A DNA stretch of 63,924 nt, counting the filler, from Malassezia furfur (Eukaryota), in NCBI GenBank assembly GCA_052055015.1. It is 4 parts of 4 records of this genome, joined end to end, with 100 filler letters (N's around TTAATTAATTAA, not from the genome) between each part and the next. Parts side by side here need not be neighbours in the genome. Positions count along the whole stretch, not along the records: positions 1 to 16,971 come from JBQJIT010000236.1; 3 more parts are not named here. One strand, written 5' to 3'. Shown here piece by piece: positions 1-10,600 of the stretch. Every line of letters starts with the position of its first letter. Within the stretch, counting starts at the first letter, position 1. A program made the translations under genes and the position numbers. The notes under the pieces were generated by a model. That model was not told where the DNA came from. It saw only the letters and a list, made by a program, of their open reading frames with translations, and did not search any database.

Positions 1-3000
1 CGACACGCCCGACAGGCCCGACAGCGCCGGCGCAGGGCCGCTGCCGCGTGCGCTCGGGATGCGGATCGTGGCGGGGCCCGACGCACGCGCGCGGGGTAGC
101 GGTGCGGAAGAGGCCACCCAGGCCGACGTCGGCGGCGCGTACGTCGGCGTCGTGCTGCGCTGTGGCGGCGCATACGTCGGTGTCGTGCTGCGCGGCGGCA
201 CGCGCGAGACGCGCGGCGCGTGGGGCACAACGGTCGTGTCGCTCAACGCGGGCGACAGCGCATGGCTCGGCGCCGCCTGGGGGTCGGGCGAGTGCGTGGG
301 CGCCACGGTCGTATCCGGCGAGCGCGTCGCGTCGGCGCTCACGTCTGGCGAGCGCGCCGCCGACATGCCGACGGCCGGCGCTGCACCGCTCCTCGACACG
401 GTGCGCTGCGCGACCGGCGCGCCCATGAAGGCGAGTGGCGCCGCGCCCTTGGGCAGCGCCGGGATCGTCGCGCGCGTCTCGTCGAAGCGGCTGAACGGAT
501 CGGCGCTTGCGGCATTCGTCTGCGCGGGAAAAAGCACCGAGGCGTACTCGAGCTCCTCCGAGGCGCGCGAGACGTCCGCCCCGGCGGCGGGCCCCGAGGA
601 CGGCGCCGCACCGGGCGCCGCGCCTTGCGGGCGGTCCAGCGGCGGCGACGTCGCCTGGGCACTCGCGGGGCGCCCTAGCGCCGGTGCAGGGCCCACAAAG
701 TGCGTCGTGTCGACCGACGCAGGGCTCGTGCGCGTGTCCAGGTACGTGGTCGCGCGGCGCCCCGCAGGGTCCGGCGAGATGTGCGACAGCGCGGGCGAGT
801 ACATCGTCGTGTAGCTCTCCTCGGGCTCGTGCGTGCTCCAGGCGCTCATGCGCGCCGACGACAGCGCGGGCGGACTCGAGGCTCGCGCCGACGTATCCCG
901 CGCGGTGTCGAGCGGCGCTTCGGGCGACGACGCCCCCGGCAAGCTGCCCGGCACGCGCGGCGGCGGGACACGCGCGACGCGGTGCGGCCCGCCCGAGCTG
1001 AGCCGGTGGTTCGACGTGGTGGACAGGGGCGACGACGTTCTGCCCGCCTCGGGCGACGCACCCCACGCGGCCGGCGCTTCCGCCGACGGCTGTGTCTCCG
1101 GCACGGCGCCCAAGGCCGAGCCGGGGCGCGCCACGCCGTCGAAGCCGATCGCCGACGGAGGCCGCTCGGCGGAGGCCGACGTCGGGCGTACCATACCAGC
1201 GGTGCCCGCGGCCGACACCGGCCGCTCCATGCCCGCGGCACCCACGTCCGACGCACGCGGCTCGACACCCGTGGCGTCGGCGGCCGGCACAGCGCCTGTG
1301 ACGCGCGGCGACATGTGCCTAGGCATCATTTCACCCGTTTCGGTCATGGGCGGCGTCGCCTCGGAACCGAACTCGGGCGTCGGCGCACCAAACGAGCCCG
1401 TGCGTCCCACCAGCGTCACGCGCGAGCCTTGCTGCTTCGGCGGTGGCGGGAGCAAATCCACGTCATCCTCGTCGTCCTCGGGCGCACTGGGCGCCGGCGG
1501 CGTGCGCAGCCCCCGCATGCTCTGCTTGCCCTTGAGCAGCCAGCTCGAGCCGCGGTTGCGCAGGCCGCCGAGCAGGCGCTTACCGGGCTTGGCGTCGCCC
1601 GTCGGCTCGGCTGGCGTGGTGCGGCCCGAGTTGGCGCGCGACGTGAGCGCCGGCGATTTACGCGACGACGCGAGCGCCGGCGACTTGCGCGACGACGCGT
1701 GCGTCTGCGCCGAGCCGGATGCATCGCGCATGCGCGGCGTCGTGGCCGCGGACGACCTGCCCGACGCCGACGCCGCGCCGCCGGACGGCTCGCGGTCCGT
1801 GCGCCCAAGTGCCGTTGGCATCGCCTGCAGCAGCGGACTCCAGGGCCGCGAGCGTGCTTCCGGCGAGCTGGGGCGCCGCGGCGCATTGAACGGCGCAGCA
1901 AACATGTTGCGCAGCGACCGCTTGCTGTCCTTGGCGCGCGGCTCGCGATTCGCGTCTTCCTGCGGGCCGCTCGTCTTGCGCGTGGCACCACCCAGGCTGC
2001 CGACCACTTGGCGCATGCGGCTGCCGGGGCGCGACGTGCTGGACTGTGTCCCTTGCGAGTCGGGCAGGTGCTCCTTGTACCGGCTGGGGTCGGGCGACCC
2101 CGCCTCGGCGGCCGGCTGCGTCTGCACCCGACTCGGCTCGGGCTCGGCTTCCCACAGCCCGATCACCGGTCGCTGCATCGCGCTACGCGCCGGCTCGGCG
2201 ACCGGCGACTGGCTGCGCTGCGCTTGCGACGCCGTGGGTGCCATGGGCGACGTCGAGGCCGCAGGCTTGGCCGCCGCGGCTTGCGTCGGTGCCTGGGTAG
2301 GAGCGGCCTGGAAGGAAGTGGTGTCTTGGGAGGCAGTTGCGGCCGGAGGAGCGGGCACGGCGTCGGAAGCCGGCATGGCATCGGTAGCCAGCCCACCATC
2401 CTCGGCATTGGGCTGGCCATACGAAGACGCACCATACTCGGCACTGGGGCGGCCGTACGTCGCACCATACTCGGCGCTAGGCCGTCCGTATGTCGCACCG
2501 TACTCGGCACTGGGGCGGCCGTACGTCGCGCCGTACTCAGCACTGGGCCGTGCGGGCGCCACCGTGGCGGTAGGCAGACTTGCGTCGTCGGCCTGCGCAG
2601 GCCACGCGTCGCGGCGCACGTCCATGCTATGCCGCATGAACGGCTGCGCATCTGTGCTCAGCCGTGACACGGGCTGCGGGTCCATGCTGTGCCGCACCGC
2701 CGGCAGCGGCTCCGACGGTGCCCACGGCGAGGTCCGCGTCGCCTCGAGGGCATCGCGCGCCATCGACACGTGCGACGTAGGCGCCTGCGTCGACGCGCTC
2801 GAAGGCGCGCGCTGTGGCGCGGCTGTCACCTGCGTCGACGCACTCGACGGCGCGCGCTGCGGGCCCGGCCCGACGCTGGGTGTGGTTGACGTGCGCGACG
2901 CAGGGCGCAGCGTCGCCGCCGTGAGTGGGGGGGCAAGCGGCGTTTGCGCTGCGGCGCGCGCTGCGCCCTCCGTGCTCGGCGCATCGCCAAGGGCGGGCGG

Positions 3001-5172
3001 CGCGCTCGTCGGCGGCTGCACCGACGACGCCGTCCGCTGCGACGCCAGGGCGCTCGGTGCCTGAACCTGCGGCGTATCTTGCGGCGCGCGGTGCACCACG
3101 GCGACGGTCGACGAGGGTGCCAGGCCAGCACGCACCATGCGGAACTGGTTGAGCTTGCGCAGCATCGGGAGCGAGTGGCGGAAAGTGCGGCCGCCCTGGT
3201 CGAGCGTCGCACGATACGACTCGGGCACCGTCTCTTGGACGATGAACCAAGCGCCCGCCGACGACGGCGTTTGCGCGCTGCTCACCGTGCCCGTCTCGTC
3301 CGCGGCCGAGGGCAGGGAGAGCGAGACGTTCGCGAGCGAGTCTTCTGCGTTCACGCCCGGCGTGCGGCAGATCTGGAGCACAGCAAAGCTTGCGTTGCGA
3401 TGCACGCCCTCGTCGCGATTGCTCCACCCGTTGCCAATCAGGTAGTCGGCCCACACCTCAGGGAACATTTCGTCGATGGCGATCGGCGCCCCAGCCATGG
3501 AGCGCGTGTCGTGCGGGAAGGCGACCGCCTCCCCGTGCAGTATGTGCGAGTTGTTCCGCGGCAGCGTCTGGCCCTGCATCTCGACGACATGCGGCGCACG
3601 CTTCGCCTCGTCCTGCAGCTCCTCGTCGAAGCGCAGCACCCAGTCGAGGCGGCCTTCGTCCGCGTCAGGACGTTGGAAGCCGAGCTCCTCAAACTGGTAC
3701 CAGTGCATGCTCTCGACGCGGTTCACACGCGGGCGACGCTCCTGCTCGCGCAGGTCAAACGAGAGGCGCGTGTGGTCCAGCTCGTCAAAGCCCTCGTCGG
3801 CAAACTCGGTCCACCGCTGCGATGCCAGCGTCGAGAACGCGTCGCCGGACGCACGGGCGCCACGCCGCGGCGTGCGCCGCGTCGCACCAATGTTGAGCAG
3901 CTTGCGCGAGCGTTCCGCAAGATCGATCGGCGCATCGCTCACGCCGCCGTCGAGCGCCGAGACCAGCGCGGCACTCGGCCACTGCACCACATCGTGCACA
4001 AGATCGCGCGCGTACTCGCGCACGTTGCGCGATACCGGCGTCGCCGCGATCGTCCGCACGTACGCACTACTCTTGTCCACTTCAGGCGAAAGCAGGCGGG
4101 GGTAGTCGCGGATGTGCTTCAGCAGGCGCCGCGGCAGCATCTCGGGCGAGCGCGCCATCGACGCGTGGTACCGCATGAACGCGAGCAAAATGTGCTCGGT
4201 CGCGTTGCCCGCACGCACAAACTGCGCATACGTCTCGTCAAACGACGCGTCCTCGGGCAGGCCGAACAGCAGCGGGCCGAAGATGCGCGAGATCTTGGAC
4301 GGCGTCATACCATTGTGCCGGCTGTGCGTCGCGACCAGCGCAAAAAAGTCGAGCAGCGTGTCCAGCAGACGCACCACGGGCGGTTCCAGAGATTGGGTCA
4401 ACGACAGGTACGCGGTCGTGGGGTACGCTTCGCGCCGCTCGCGCTCGCGCCAGGCGGCATACGCCGTCCAGGGCACAAACCCGTGCTCCTGGTGCAGCAC
4501 AAGGTCGGCGCGCGCCCCTGTGCCATCCTCGGCGGCGGAGCGCACTGCCACCACGCACCCAACACGCGCCAGCACCCACTTGAGCAGCGCAACCAGGTTA
4601 TAGACGTTGGCAAAGCGCAGCTCCTCCGCAAACACCTGCGCGGCGTTCGCATCGGCCTCCTCCGTCGTGCTGTACGTTGCGAGAAGCGCACGCACGAGCT
4701 TGGTGCTGGCCGAAGCCGAGAGGTCGATGGCCATCGAGCTCAGCAGCAGCGGCGCATCGACGCCGCGCGCACGGATCTGCTCAAGGATGCGCACCACGAC
4801 GGGGTACGCCTCCTCGACATCCATCGGGTGCTCCCACGCCAAACCCGTATAGCCATACAGCGTCACCGGCTCCACCTGTGGCACCTCGAGCACCTGCACA
4901 GAGCGGCCCGCCTGCGATACCGGCTCACGGGACGCTTCGGGCGCTCCAGCAGCCGCACCGGGCGTCGCCTGCACCACATTGGACGCGGCCGGCGGCGCAC
5001 TCACAGGCGCTCCGGGCAGCTGTGCTGCACGCGCCTGTCGCGCAAGGGCGTCCTGCGATGCACCCTTGGGCAGCCGCGGCAGCGGCCGTTCCTGGTCGAC
5101 AGACACCCGCGTGGGCGCCTCGACCGAAGCATTATCGGTGCTTTTATCTTGATGCGCATGAATCCATGCCAT
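1..5172 (-). CDS. Large Msb1/Mug8-family (RhoGAP-like fold) protein with a long low-complexity P/S/A/T C-terminal region; 3' end lies outside the window
   Basis: Minus-strand frame is open from ATG 5172 (MAWIHAHQDK...) off the left edge, >1700 codons. It is absent from the ORF track because no stop is reached. Segment EQIRARGVDAPLLL...EELRFANVYNLVALLKWVLARVG resembles the Msb1/Mug8 domain (recalled, not searched). Confidence 0.6.
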   Translation of the reverse strand, partial: MAWIHAHQDKSTDNASVEAPTRVSVDQERPLPRLPKGASQDALARQARAAQLPGAPVSAPPAASNVVQATPGAAAGAPEASREPVSQAGRSVQVLEVPQVEPVTLYGYTGLAWEHPMDVEEAYPVVVRILEQIRARGVDAPLLLSSMAIDLSASASTKLVRALLATYSTTEEADANAAQVFAEELRFANVYNLVALLKWVLARVGCVVAVRSAAEDGTGARADLVLHQEHGFVPWTAYAAWRERERREAYPTTAYLSLTQSLEPPVVRLLDTLLDFFALVATHSRHNGMTPSKISRIFGPLLFGLPEDASFDETYAQFVRAGNATEHILLAFMRYHASMARSPEMLPRRLLKHIRDYPRLLSPEVDKSSAYVRTIAATPVSRNVREYARDLVHDVVQWPSAALVSALDGGVSDAPIDLAERSRKLLNIGATRRTPRRGARASGDAFSTLASQRWTEFADEGFDELDHTRLSFDLREQERRPRVNRVESMHWYQFEELGFQRPDADEGRLDWVLRFDEELQDEAKRAPHVVEMQGQTLPRNNSHILHGEAVAFPHDTRSMAGAPIAIDEMFPEVWADYLIGNGWSNRDEGVHRNASFAVLQICRTPGVNAEDSLANVSLSLPSAADETGTVSSAQTPSSAGAWFIVQETVPESYRATLDQGGRTFRHSLPMLRKLNQFRMVRAGLAPSSTVAVVHRAPQDTPQVQAPSALASQRTASSVQPPTSAPPALGDAPSTEGAARAAAQTPLAPPLTAATLRPASRTSTTPSVGPGPQRAPSSASTQVTAAPQRAPSSASTQAPTSHVSMARDALEATRTSPWAPSEPLPAVRHSMDPQPVSRLSTDAQPFMRHSMDVRRDAWPAQADDASLPTATVAPARPSAEYGATYGRPSAEYGATYGRPSAEYGATYGRPSAEYGASSYGQPNAEDGGLATDAMPASDAVPAPPAATASQDTTSFQAAPTQAPTQAAAAKPAASTSPMAPTASQAQRSQSPVAEPARSAMQRPVIGLWEAEPEPSRVQTQPAAEAGSPDPSRYKEHLPDSQGTQSSTSRPGSRMRQVVGSLGGATRKTSGPQEDANREPRAKDSKRSLRNMFAAPFNAPRRPSSPEARSRPWSPLLQAMPTALGRTDREPSGGAASASGRSSAATTPRMRDASGSAQTHASSRKSPALASSRKSPALTSRANSGRTTPAEPTGDAKPGKRLLGGLRNRGSSWLLKGKQSMRGLRTPPAPSAPEDDEDDVDLLPPPPKQQGSRVTLVGRTGSFGAPTPEFGSEATPPMTETGEMMPRHMSPRVTGAVPAADATGVEPRASDVGAAGMERPVSAAGTAGMVRPTSASAERPPSAIGFDGVARPGSALGAVPETQPSAEAPAAWGASPEAGRTSSPLSTTSNHRLSSGGPHRVARVPPPRVPGSLPGASSPEAPLDTARDTSARASSPPALSSARMSAWSTHEPEESYTTMYSPALSHISPDPAGRRATTYLDTRTSPASVDTTHFVGPAPALGRPASAQATSPPLDRPQGAAPGAAPSSGPAAGADVSRASEELEYASVLFPAQTNAASADPFSRFDETRATIPALPKGAAPLAFMGAPVAQRTVSRSGAAPAVGMSAARSPDVSADATRSPDTTVAPTHSPDPQAAPSHALSPALSDTTVVPHAPRVSRVPPRSTTPTYAPPQRSTTPTYAPPTSAWVASSAPLPRARASGPATIRIPSARGSGPAPALSGLSGVS
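2400..2552. repeat. Intragenic 33-bp tandem repeat (about 4 copies) encoding RPSAEYGATYG on the minus strand
   Basis: accatactcggcactggggcggccgtacgtcgc-like units repeat head to tail with synonymous variation. Confidence 0.85.
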
Positions 5173-5740
5173 TGCGGGCGATGCCCTTGTGTATGACAAC
5201 GGCGCTTCGGCGCCGTTGCGAGGTCGTGACGTTGCCATCGCGCGCCCGACTCGGATGGAATCCTAGGAAGAGAAGCCGCTCGTGCACACCCACGAAACAC
5301 CACGCTGCAGGGCGCCAATCACGCGCTTGGAAACTCCACATCGGGTCATGCAGCATTAATGTCCCGATTCGGTTATGGGCGGTGCGCCAGCGTGGATCAA
5401 AGCGAAAAAAAAACCCAAGCGGTACACGCGCACGGTGGCTGGTCCTGCGCAGCGGCGCAAGGGGTCCCTGCAAAGCAGCCGCTGCCACGTTAACGGCGCA
5501 CCCCGATCTGCACCGTGCGCCCGGTGCTGCGCTTCCGAGGGCTGCCAAGGAACACGCAAGATTCCTAAAAATCGTCTGTCAGGCTTGCAGCGACACCCAG
5601 GGTCTAAGTCCCAGTCTCGCTCGGCCTAGGCGTGTCCACCATAGAAGGCCCGCTGGCCCAGTACATAACATTGCGCACAGATACCCAGTGCCTTTGTGGA
5701 CGCGGTCCTGCTTTTTGTATTTCTACAGCCCCTGCACACT

Positions 5741-6703
5741 CTAAAATAGGATGACCTTGCACGCTCCCTCTTTTCGAAGCAACGCCTTACGTAGCGTTGC
5801 ATCGCTCACCAAATGCACGAGTGCATCGCGCGTTTCTGGCGTATCGAAGATGGTGCGCATTTTGGCATCTGTCCAAGAGTGGTCCACCACAAGCGCCTGG
5901 AGATGGTCTGTGCGCAAGGCGCCGCGCTCGAGCAGCTGCTGGATACGGTGCGGCGTGCCGACCGCAAGTGGCGTCGCGTTCTCCTGGAGATGTGTCACTT
6001 GTTCATCGACCTTAAAATGGCGCGCAAACAGTTTCGCTACACCGCCGGCCGTGCTAACTTCTGCCCCCTTACGGCGCTTTGCTGGTCGTGACTCATCCTC
6101 AGGTAGAAGTGTACGCAGGGCACGTGCCAGGTCGGCAGCGCGTTGTGCGTTGCCAGTGACGACCAGCACACGCGGCATGCCATGCTCCTTCCTCCATGGC
6201 GCATTGGCATTCGCAAACGTGTCCGGCGTCGCATGGGCGTCTGCGTGAGTATGTCGACGTACATTTTTGTAAAAAGGTAGCGAGATGGTCCAGTGTGCGT
6301 TCCTTGTCAAACGTATAGCTCTCGACAAAGGCCGCGGCTGGGTCAGCAAGGCCGACGTACCTGGCACCTGGTGCTCCTGCATTTCCAGCGAACTTAGCTT
6401 GGGATAGGTCTTTTTCTGCTGTGCCACGAAAAAGTCGGCTTGACGGTCAGATGGCTGCAATGCCACTGCCTGTCCTGCATGCACTTCATCGCGGTACGCG
6501 GCCGCTTTCTGGATGAGCGACAGTGCACGAACCTTTTTTCGTGCTTCTTTGCGTTTGCGTTTCTTGGCTTCGGACGCATCGCGCACAGGCTCAGGGCGCA
6601 CCGCTTCTTTTCGAAACTCTTGTGTGTCCGATCCGGCCTCGTCGCCCGAGAACGCAACGAGGTCGTCGTCCAGCTGCAGTCCGTCGTCCAGCGAGTCCGC
6701 CAT
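5741..6703 (-). CDS. CMS1: Cms1/CMSS1, U3-containing 90S pre-ribosome factor (3 introns)
   Basis: MADSLDDGL start, [18 protein letters not shown] and [16 protein letters not shown] motifs. Introns 6509-6532 (24 nt), 6338-6360 (23 nt), 6241-6262 (22 nt). Confidence 0.85.
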   Translation of the reverse strand: MADSLDDGLQLDDDLVAFSGDEAGSDTQEFRKEAVRPEPVRDASEAKKRKRKEARKKVRALSLIQKAAAYRDEVHAGQAVALQPSDRQADFFVAQQKKTYPKLSSLEMQEHQVPGTSALLTQPRPLSRAIRLTRNAHWTISLPFYKNVRRHTHADAHATPDTFANANAPWRKEHGMPRVLVVTGNAQRAADLARALRTLLPEDESRPAKRRKGAEVSTAGGVAKLFARHFKVDEQVTHLQENATPLAVGTPHRIQQLLERGALRTDHLQALVVDHSWTDAKMRTIFDTPETRDALVHLVSDATLRKALLRKEGACKVILF

Positions 6704-6771
6704 GGTCACTTGGCGAGGCGAAAAATGGATTAGTCAGCAAACGCGGCGCGCTTGCACCGCGTCTGCCCACG

Positions 6772-7288
6772 ATGGTGAAACGGAGCGTCACGAGCAAGTT
6801 CCCAATCGCGCGCATCAAGCGCATTATGCAAGCCGACGAGGATGTCGGGAAAGTGGCTCAGGCGACACCGGTTGTGATTTGTGCGTTGTGTGAACTAATT
6901 TAGCCAAGGCACTCGAGCTGTTCATGCAGGACATCGTCGCTTGCTCGGTGGAGCACACGCGCAAGAGCGGCGGTAAGCGCGTCGCACCCTACCATTTGTA
7001 TGTTCCATCGCTCACAACAGGAAGCGTGCAACGCAGACGAACGAAACGTTTGACTTTTTGAAAGATATTGTGGACAAGGTGCCGGATCCCCACGAGTCGG
7101 GCGGCCCGCGCGGCGGCAAGCGGCGCAAGGTGGCCAAGGCCGAACCTACCGAGGTCGCGGAGACTGCCGGGGTGGCCGAGACCGAGACACCGGCGCCGGC
7201 GCCCACGACGTCGCGGCCTGACCAAGCCGCGCCTCTCTCGGCTGTGCTAGGCAAGACTGAGGAGGACGAGCCTGCCTCTACGCTCTAG
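6772..7288 (+). CDS. BUR6: NC2 alpha / Dr1-associated corepressor (histone fold), 2 introns
   Basis: [36 protein letters not shown]...HL|KR. Two 23-nt introns, 6881-6903 and 6998-7020, restore the conserved frame. Confidence 0.9.
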
Positions 7289-7685
7289 GCCGATCCGGAC
7301 GCGTCCAACGAGTAGATATCCTGTATACTTTTCGCTCCTTTGTACGTTTGGGACCCATCTACGGCACCGTGGGGATCTGACTTCACTGGGGGGCTTGGCG
7401 CGTTAGCTGCGCGTGCGCGTGGCCTCCATTTCGATCGGCGTGGCACGCCGCGACCGGCCGCGTGTCGGCGTGCTTTGCAAATGCTGACTAGCGTCGGATA
7501 TTCTCGCGCACCCAAATTTTTCCTGTGCAGATTTTCCCGCCGAGGCTGGATTTTTCTCTCCTGTGCGCCCTCACCATCTATTGAGGACGGTGACTACGGA
7601 AACTTCCCCTCAGCGCTTGGAGCACACACTGCTGCTAGCGTAAGACGTGGTGGAACGGATCTGAGTCAACGTGACTGCATCAAAC

Positions 7686-10600
7686 ATGACTGGTGAAGTT
7701 CCAACTGCTGGGGCACGGGCCGCACTGGACGGCATCTCGCCCTCGCTGCGCTCGGCGCTCGTGGACCAGGTGCCGTCTCGTGCGCCATCGCCAGCGCTTC
7801 CCGCAACATCAAACCCGATCGGAGATGATGCGGCAAGTACCATGGTCTTGGAGCTGGCGGACGGCACCGAGTACCAGGGCATCAGCTTCGGTGCCGAGGG
7901 CAAGAGCATTTCGGGCGAGTGCGTGTTCCAGACCGGTATGGTCGGCTACGTCGAGTCCCTGACCGACCCGTCGTACGAGGGTCAGATCCTCGTGCTGACC
8001 TACCCGCTCATCGGCAACTACGGTGTGCCGAAGCGCCCTACCGGCGAGACCTTCCCGAAGCTCGCGGCGCCATTCGAGTCTTCGCGGATTCACGTTGCGG
8101 GTCTCGTGGTGGCCTACTACAGCCATGACTTTAGCCACTATCTGGCGGCGTCGGGCCTGAGTGACTGGCTGAAGGAGAACGGCGTGCCGGCCGTGTATGG
8201 CATTGACACGCGTGCGCTGACGAAGCGCATCCGCACCAAGGGCAGCATGCTCGCTCGCCTGCTGGCTCCCAATGGCCGCATGGCGCTGCCGTCTGCCGAC
8301 TGGCGTTCGCGCTTCCAGGACGTTGCGTGGCACGACCCTAACAACGAGAACCTCGTGAAGCGTGTCTCGCGCCCTGCGCCAGAGCTCTACACGCCGCAGG
8401 ACACGGCGCCTGCAGGCCTGCGCACGGCCAATGCCCCAACGCTGACGCACGCAAGCGGCCGCGCGATTCGGATCTTGGCCCTGGACATGGGTATGAAGAT
8501 GAACCAAGTCCGTTGCTTTACATCGCGCGGTGTGGAACTCAAGGTGGTGCCGTTTGATTACGACTTCCTGGCAGAGCAGGAGCCGTTTGACGGTCTCTTT
8601 GTCTCCAATGGTCCCGGTGACCCCACGCAGTGCATGGCGACGGTCGAGCGCCTGCGCATGCTGCTGAACCGCGTCGAGGACCCCATCCCGGTGTTTGGTA
8701 TCTGTTTGGGCCACCAGCTGCTCGCACTTGCGGCTGGCGCGCAAACGAGCAAGATGAAATACGGCAACCGTGGCCAGAACATTCCGTGCACGGACCAGCT
8801 CAGTGGGCGGTGCTACATCACTTCGCAAAATCACGGTTATGCCGTCGACGCGGCGTCGCTGCCCGTCGGCTGGAAGGAGCTGTTCGTCAACGCCAACGAC
8901 GGAAGTAACGAGGGTATCTATTGTGAAAACTTCCCCTACTTCTCCGTTCAGTTCCACCCCGAGAGCACTGCCGGTCCGCGCGACACCGAATACCTCTTTG
9001 ATGTGTTTATCCGCGCGGTGATCGACAACGCCGCGGTGCGCGCGGCCGGTAAGGTGGCGCCGCACGCCGTGGCATTCCCCGGTGGGAAGCTGGCGGACCA
9101 CGAGGCGGCGCACCCCCGCCTGCACCTGCGCAAGGTCCTGGTGCTCGGCTCGGGTGGTCTGAGCATTGGTCAGGCTGGCGAGTTTGACTACAGCGGTTCG
9201 CAGGCGATCAAGGCGCTCAAGGAGGAGGGCATTTACACGATCCTCATCAATCCTAACATCGCCACGATTCAGACCTCGTCCGGTCTCGCCGACAAGGTGT
9301 ACTTCCTACCGGTCACGCCTGAGTTTGTGCTCAAGGTGCTCCGCCACGAGCGCCCCGACGGCATCTACTGCACGTTTGGTGGTCAGACGGCACTCAATGT
9401 CGGCATCAAGATTAAGGACGAGCTTGGCCCGCTCGGCGTGCGTAACCTGGGTACGCCAATTGACACGATCATCAAGACCGAGGACCGTGACCTGTTCGCC
9501 AAGGCCATGGAGGAGATTGGCGAGCGGTGCGCTCCGAGTGCCTCGGCCAACAACTGGGACGAGGCGCTTGCTGCATCTAAGACGATCGGTTTCCCGGTGA
9601 TTGTGCGTGCAGCCTTTGCGCTCGGTGGTCTTGGCTCGGGCTTTGCCAAGAACGAGGACGAGCTGCGCCGCCTGTGCCATGCCGCGTTCGCCAACAGCCC
9701 TCAGGTACTGGTGGAGAAGAGCATGAAGGGCTGGAAGGAGGTCGAGTACGAGGTGGTGCGCGACTGCCGCGACAACTGCATCACGGTCTGCAACATGGAA
9801 AACTTTGACCCGCTTGGTGTGCATACCGGCGACTCGATCGTGATTGCCCCGAGTCAGACGCTCAGCGACGAGGACTACAACATGCTGCGCACTACGGCGG
9901 TGAACGTCATCCGTCACCTCGGTGTGGTCGGCGAGTGCAACATCCAATACGCGCTCAACCCCCACAGCCGCGAATACTGCATTATTGAGGTGAACGCGCG
10001 TCTCTCGCGCAGTTCCGCATTGGCATCCAAGGCGACCGGTTACCCGCTGGCGTTTGTTGCGGCCAAGCTCGGTCTCAACATCCCGCTGAACGAGCTGCGG
10101 AACAACGTCACGCGCGAGACCTCGGCGTGCTTCGAGCCGAGTCTCGACTACGTCGTGACTAAGATCCCCCGCTGGGATCTGCGCAAGTTTGAGCGCGTCA
10201 GCTCCAAGCTGGGTTCGTCGATGAAGAGTGTCGGTGAGGTGATGGCCATCGGCCGCACGTTCGAGGAGAGTATGCAAAAGGCGATTCGCTCTATCGACCC
10301 GTCCTACGACGGCTTTGGCCGCAACGACATGGTCACCAGCGACGCCGAGATCCAACAGGAGCTCGAGTTCCCGACGGACAAGCGCATCTTTGCGATTGGC
10401 AATGCGCTCTACCGCAACTACACCGTCGACCAGATCCACGCGTTGAGCAACATTGACCGCTGGTTCCTGCGCAAGCTCGAGGGCATCACGATTGCCGCCA
10501 AGGCGCTTGAGGCCTCGAGCGCTCAGCCGCTCGAGCGCGGACTGCTGCGCCAGGTCAAGCAGCTCGGGTTTAGCGACCGCCAGATCTCGCGCCATGTGGC

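Noticed and set aside
2400..2552. 33-bp direct repeats as a CRISPR array
   Set aside because: No spacers, in-frame coding repeat with synonymous variation, eukaryotic context and no cas genes.
48..5196. Long plus-strand ORFs (655, 743 and 750 aa)
   Set aside because: Arg/Ala-rich shadows of the real minus-strand gene starting at 5172.
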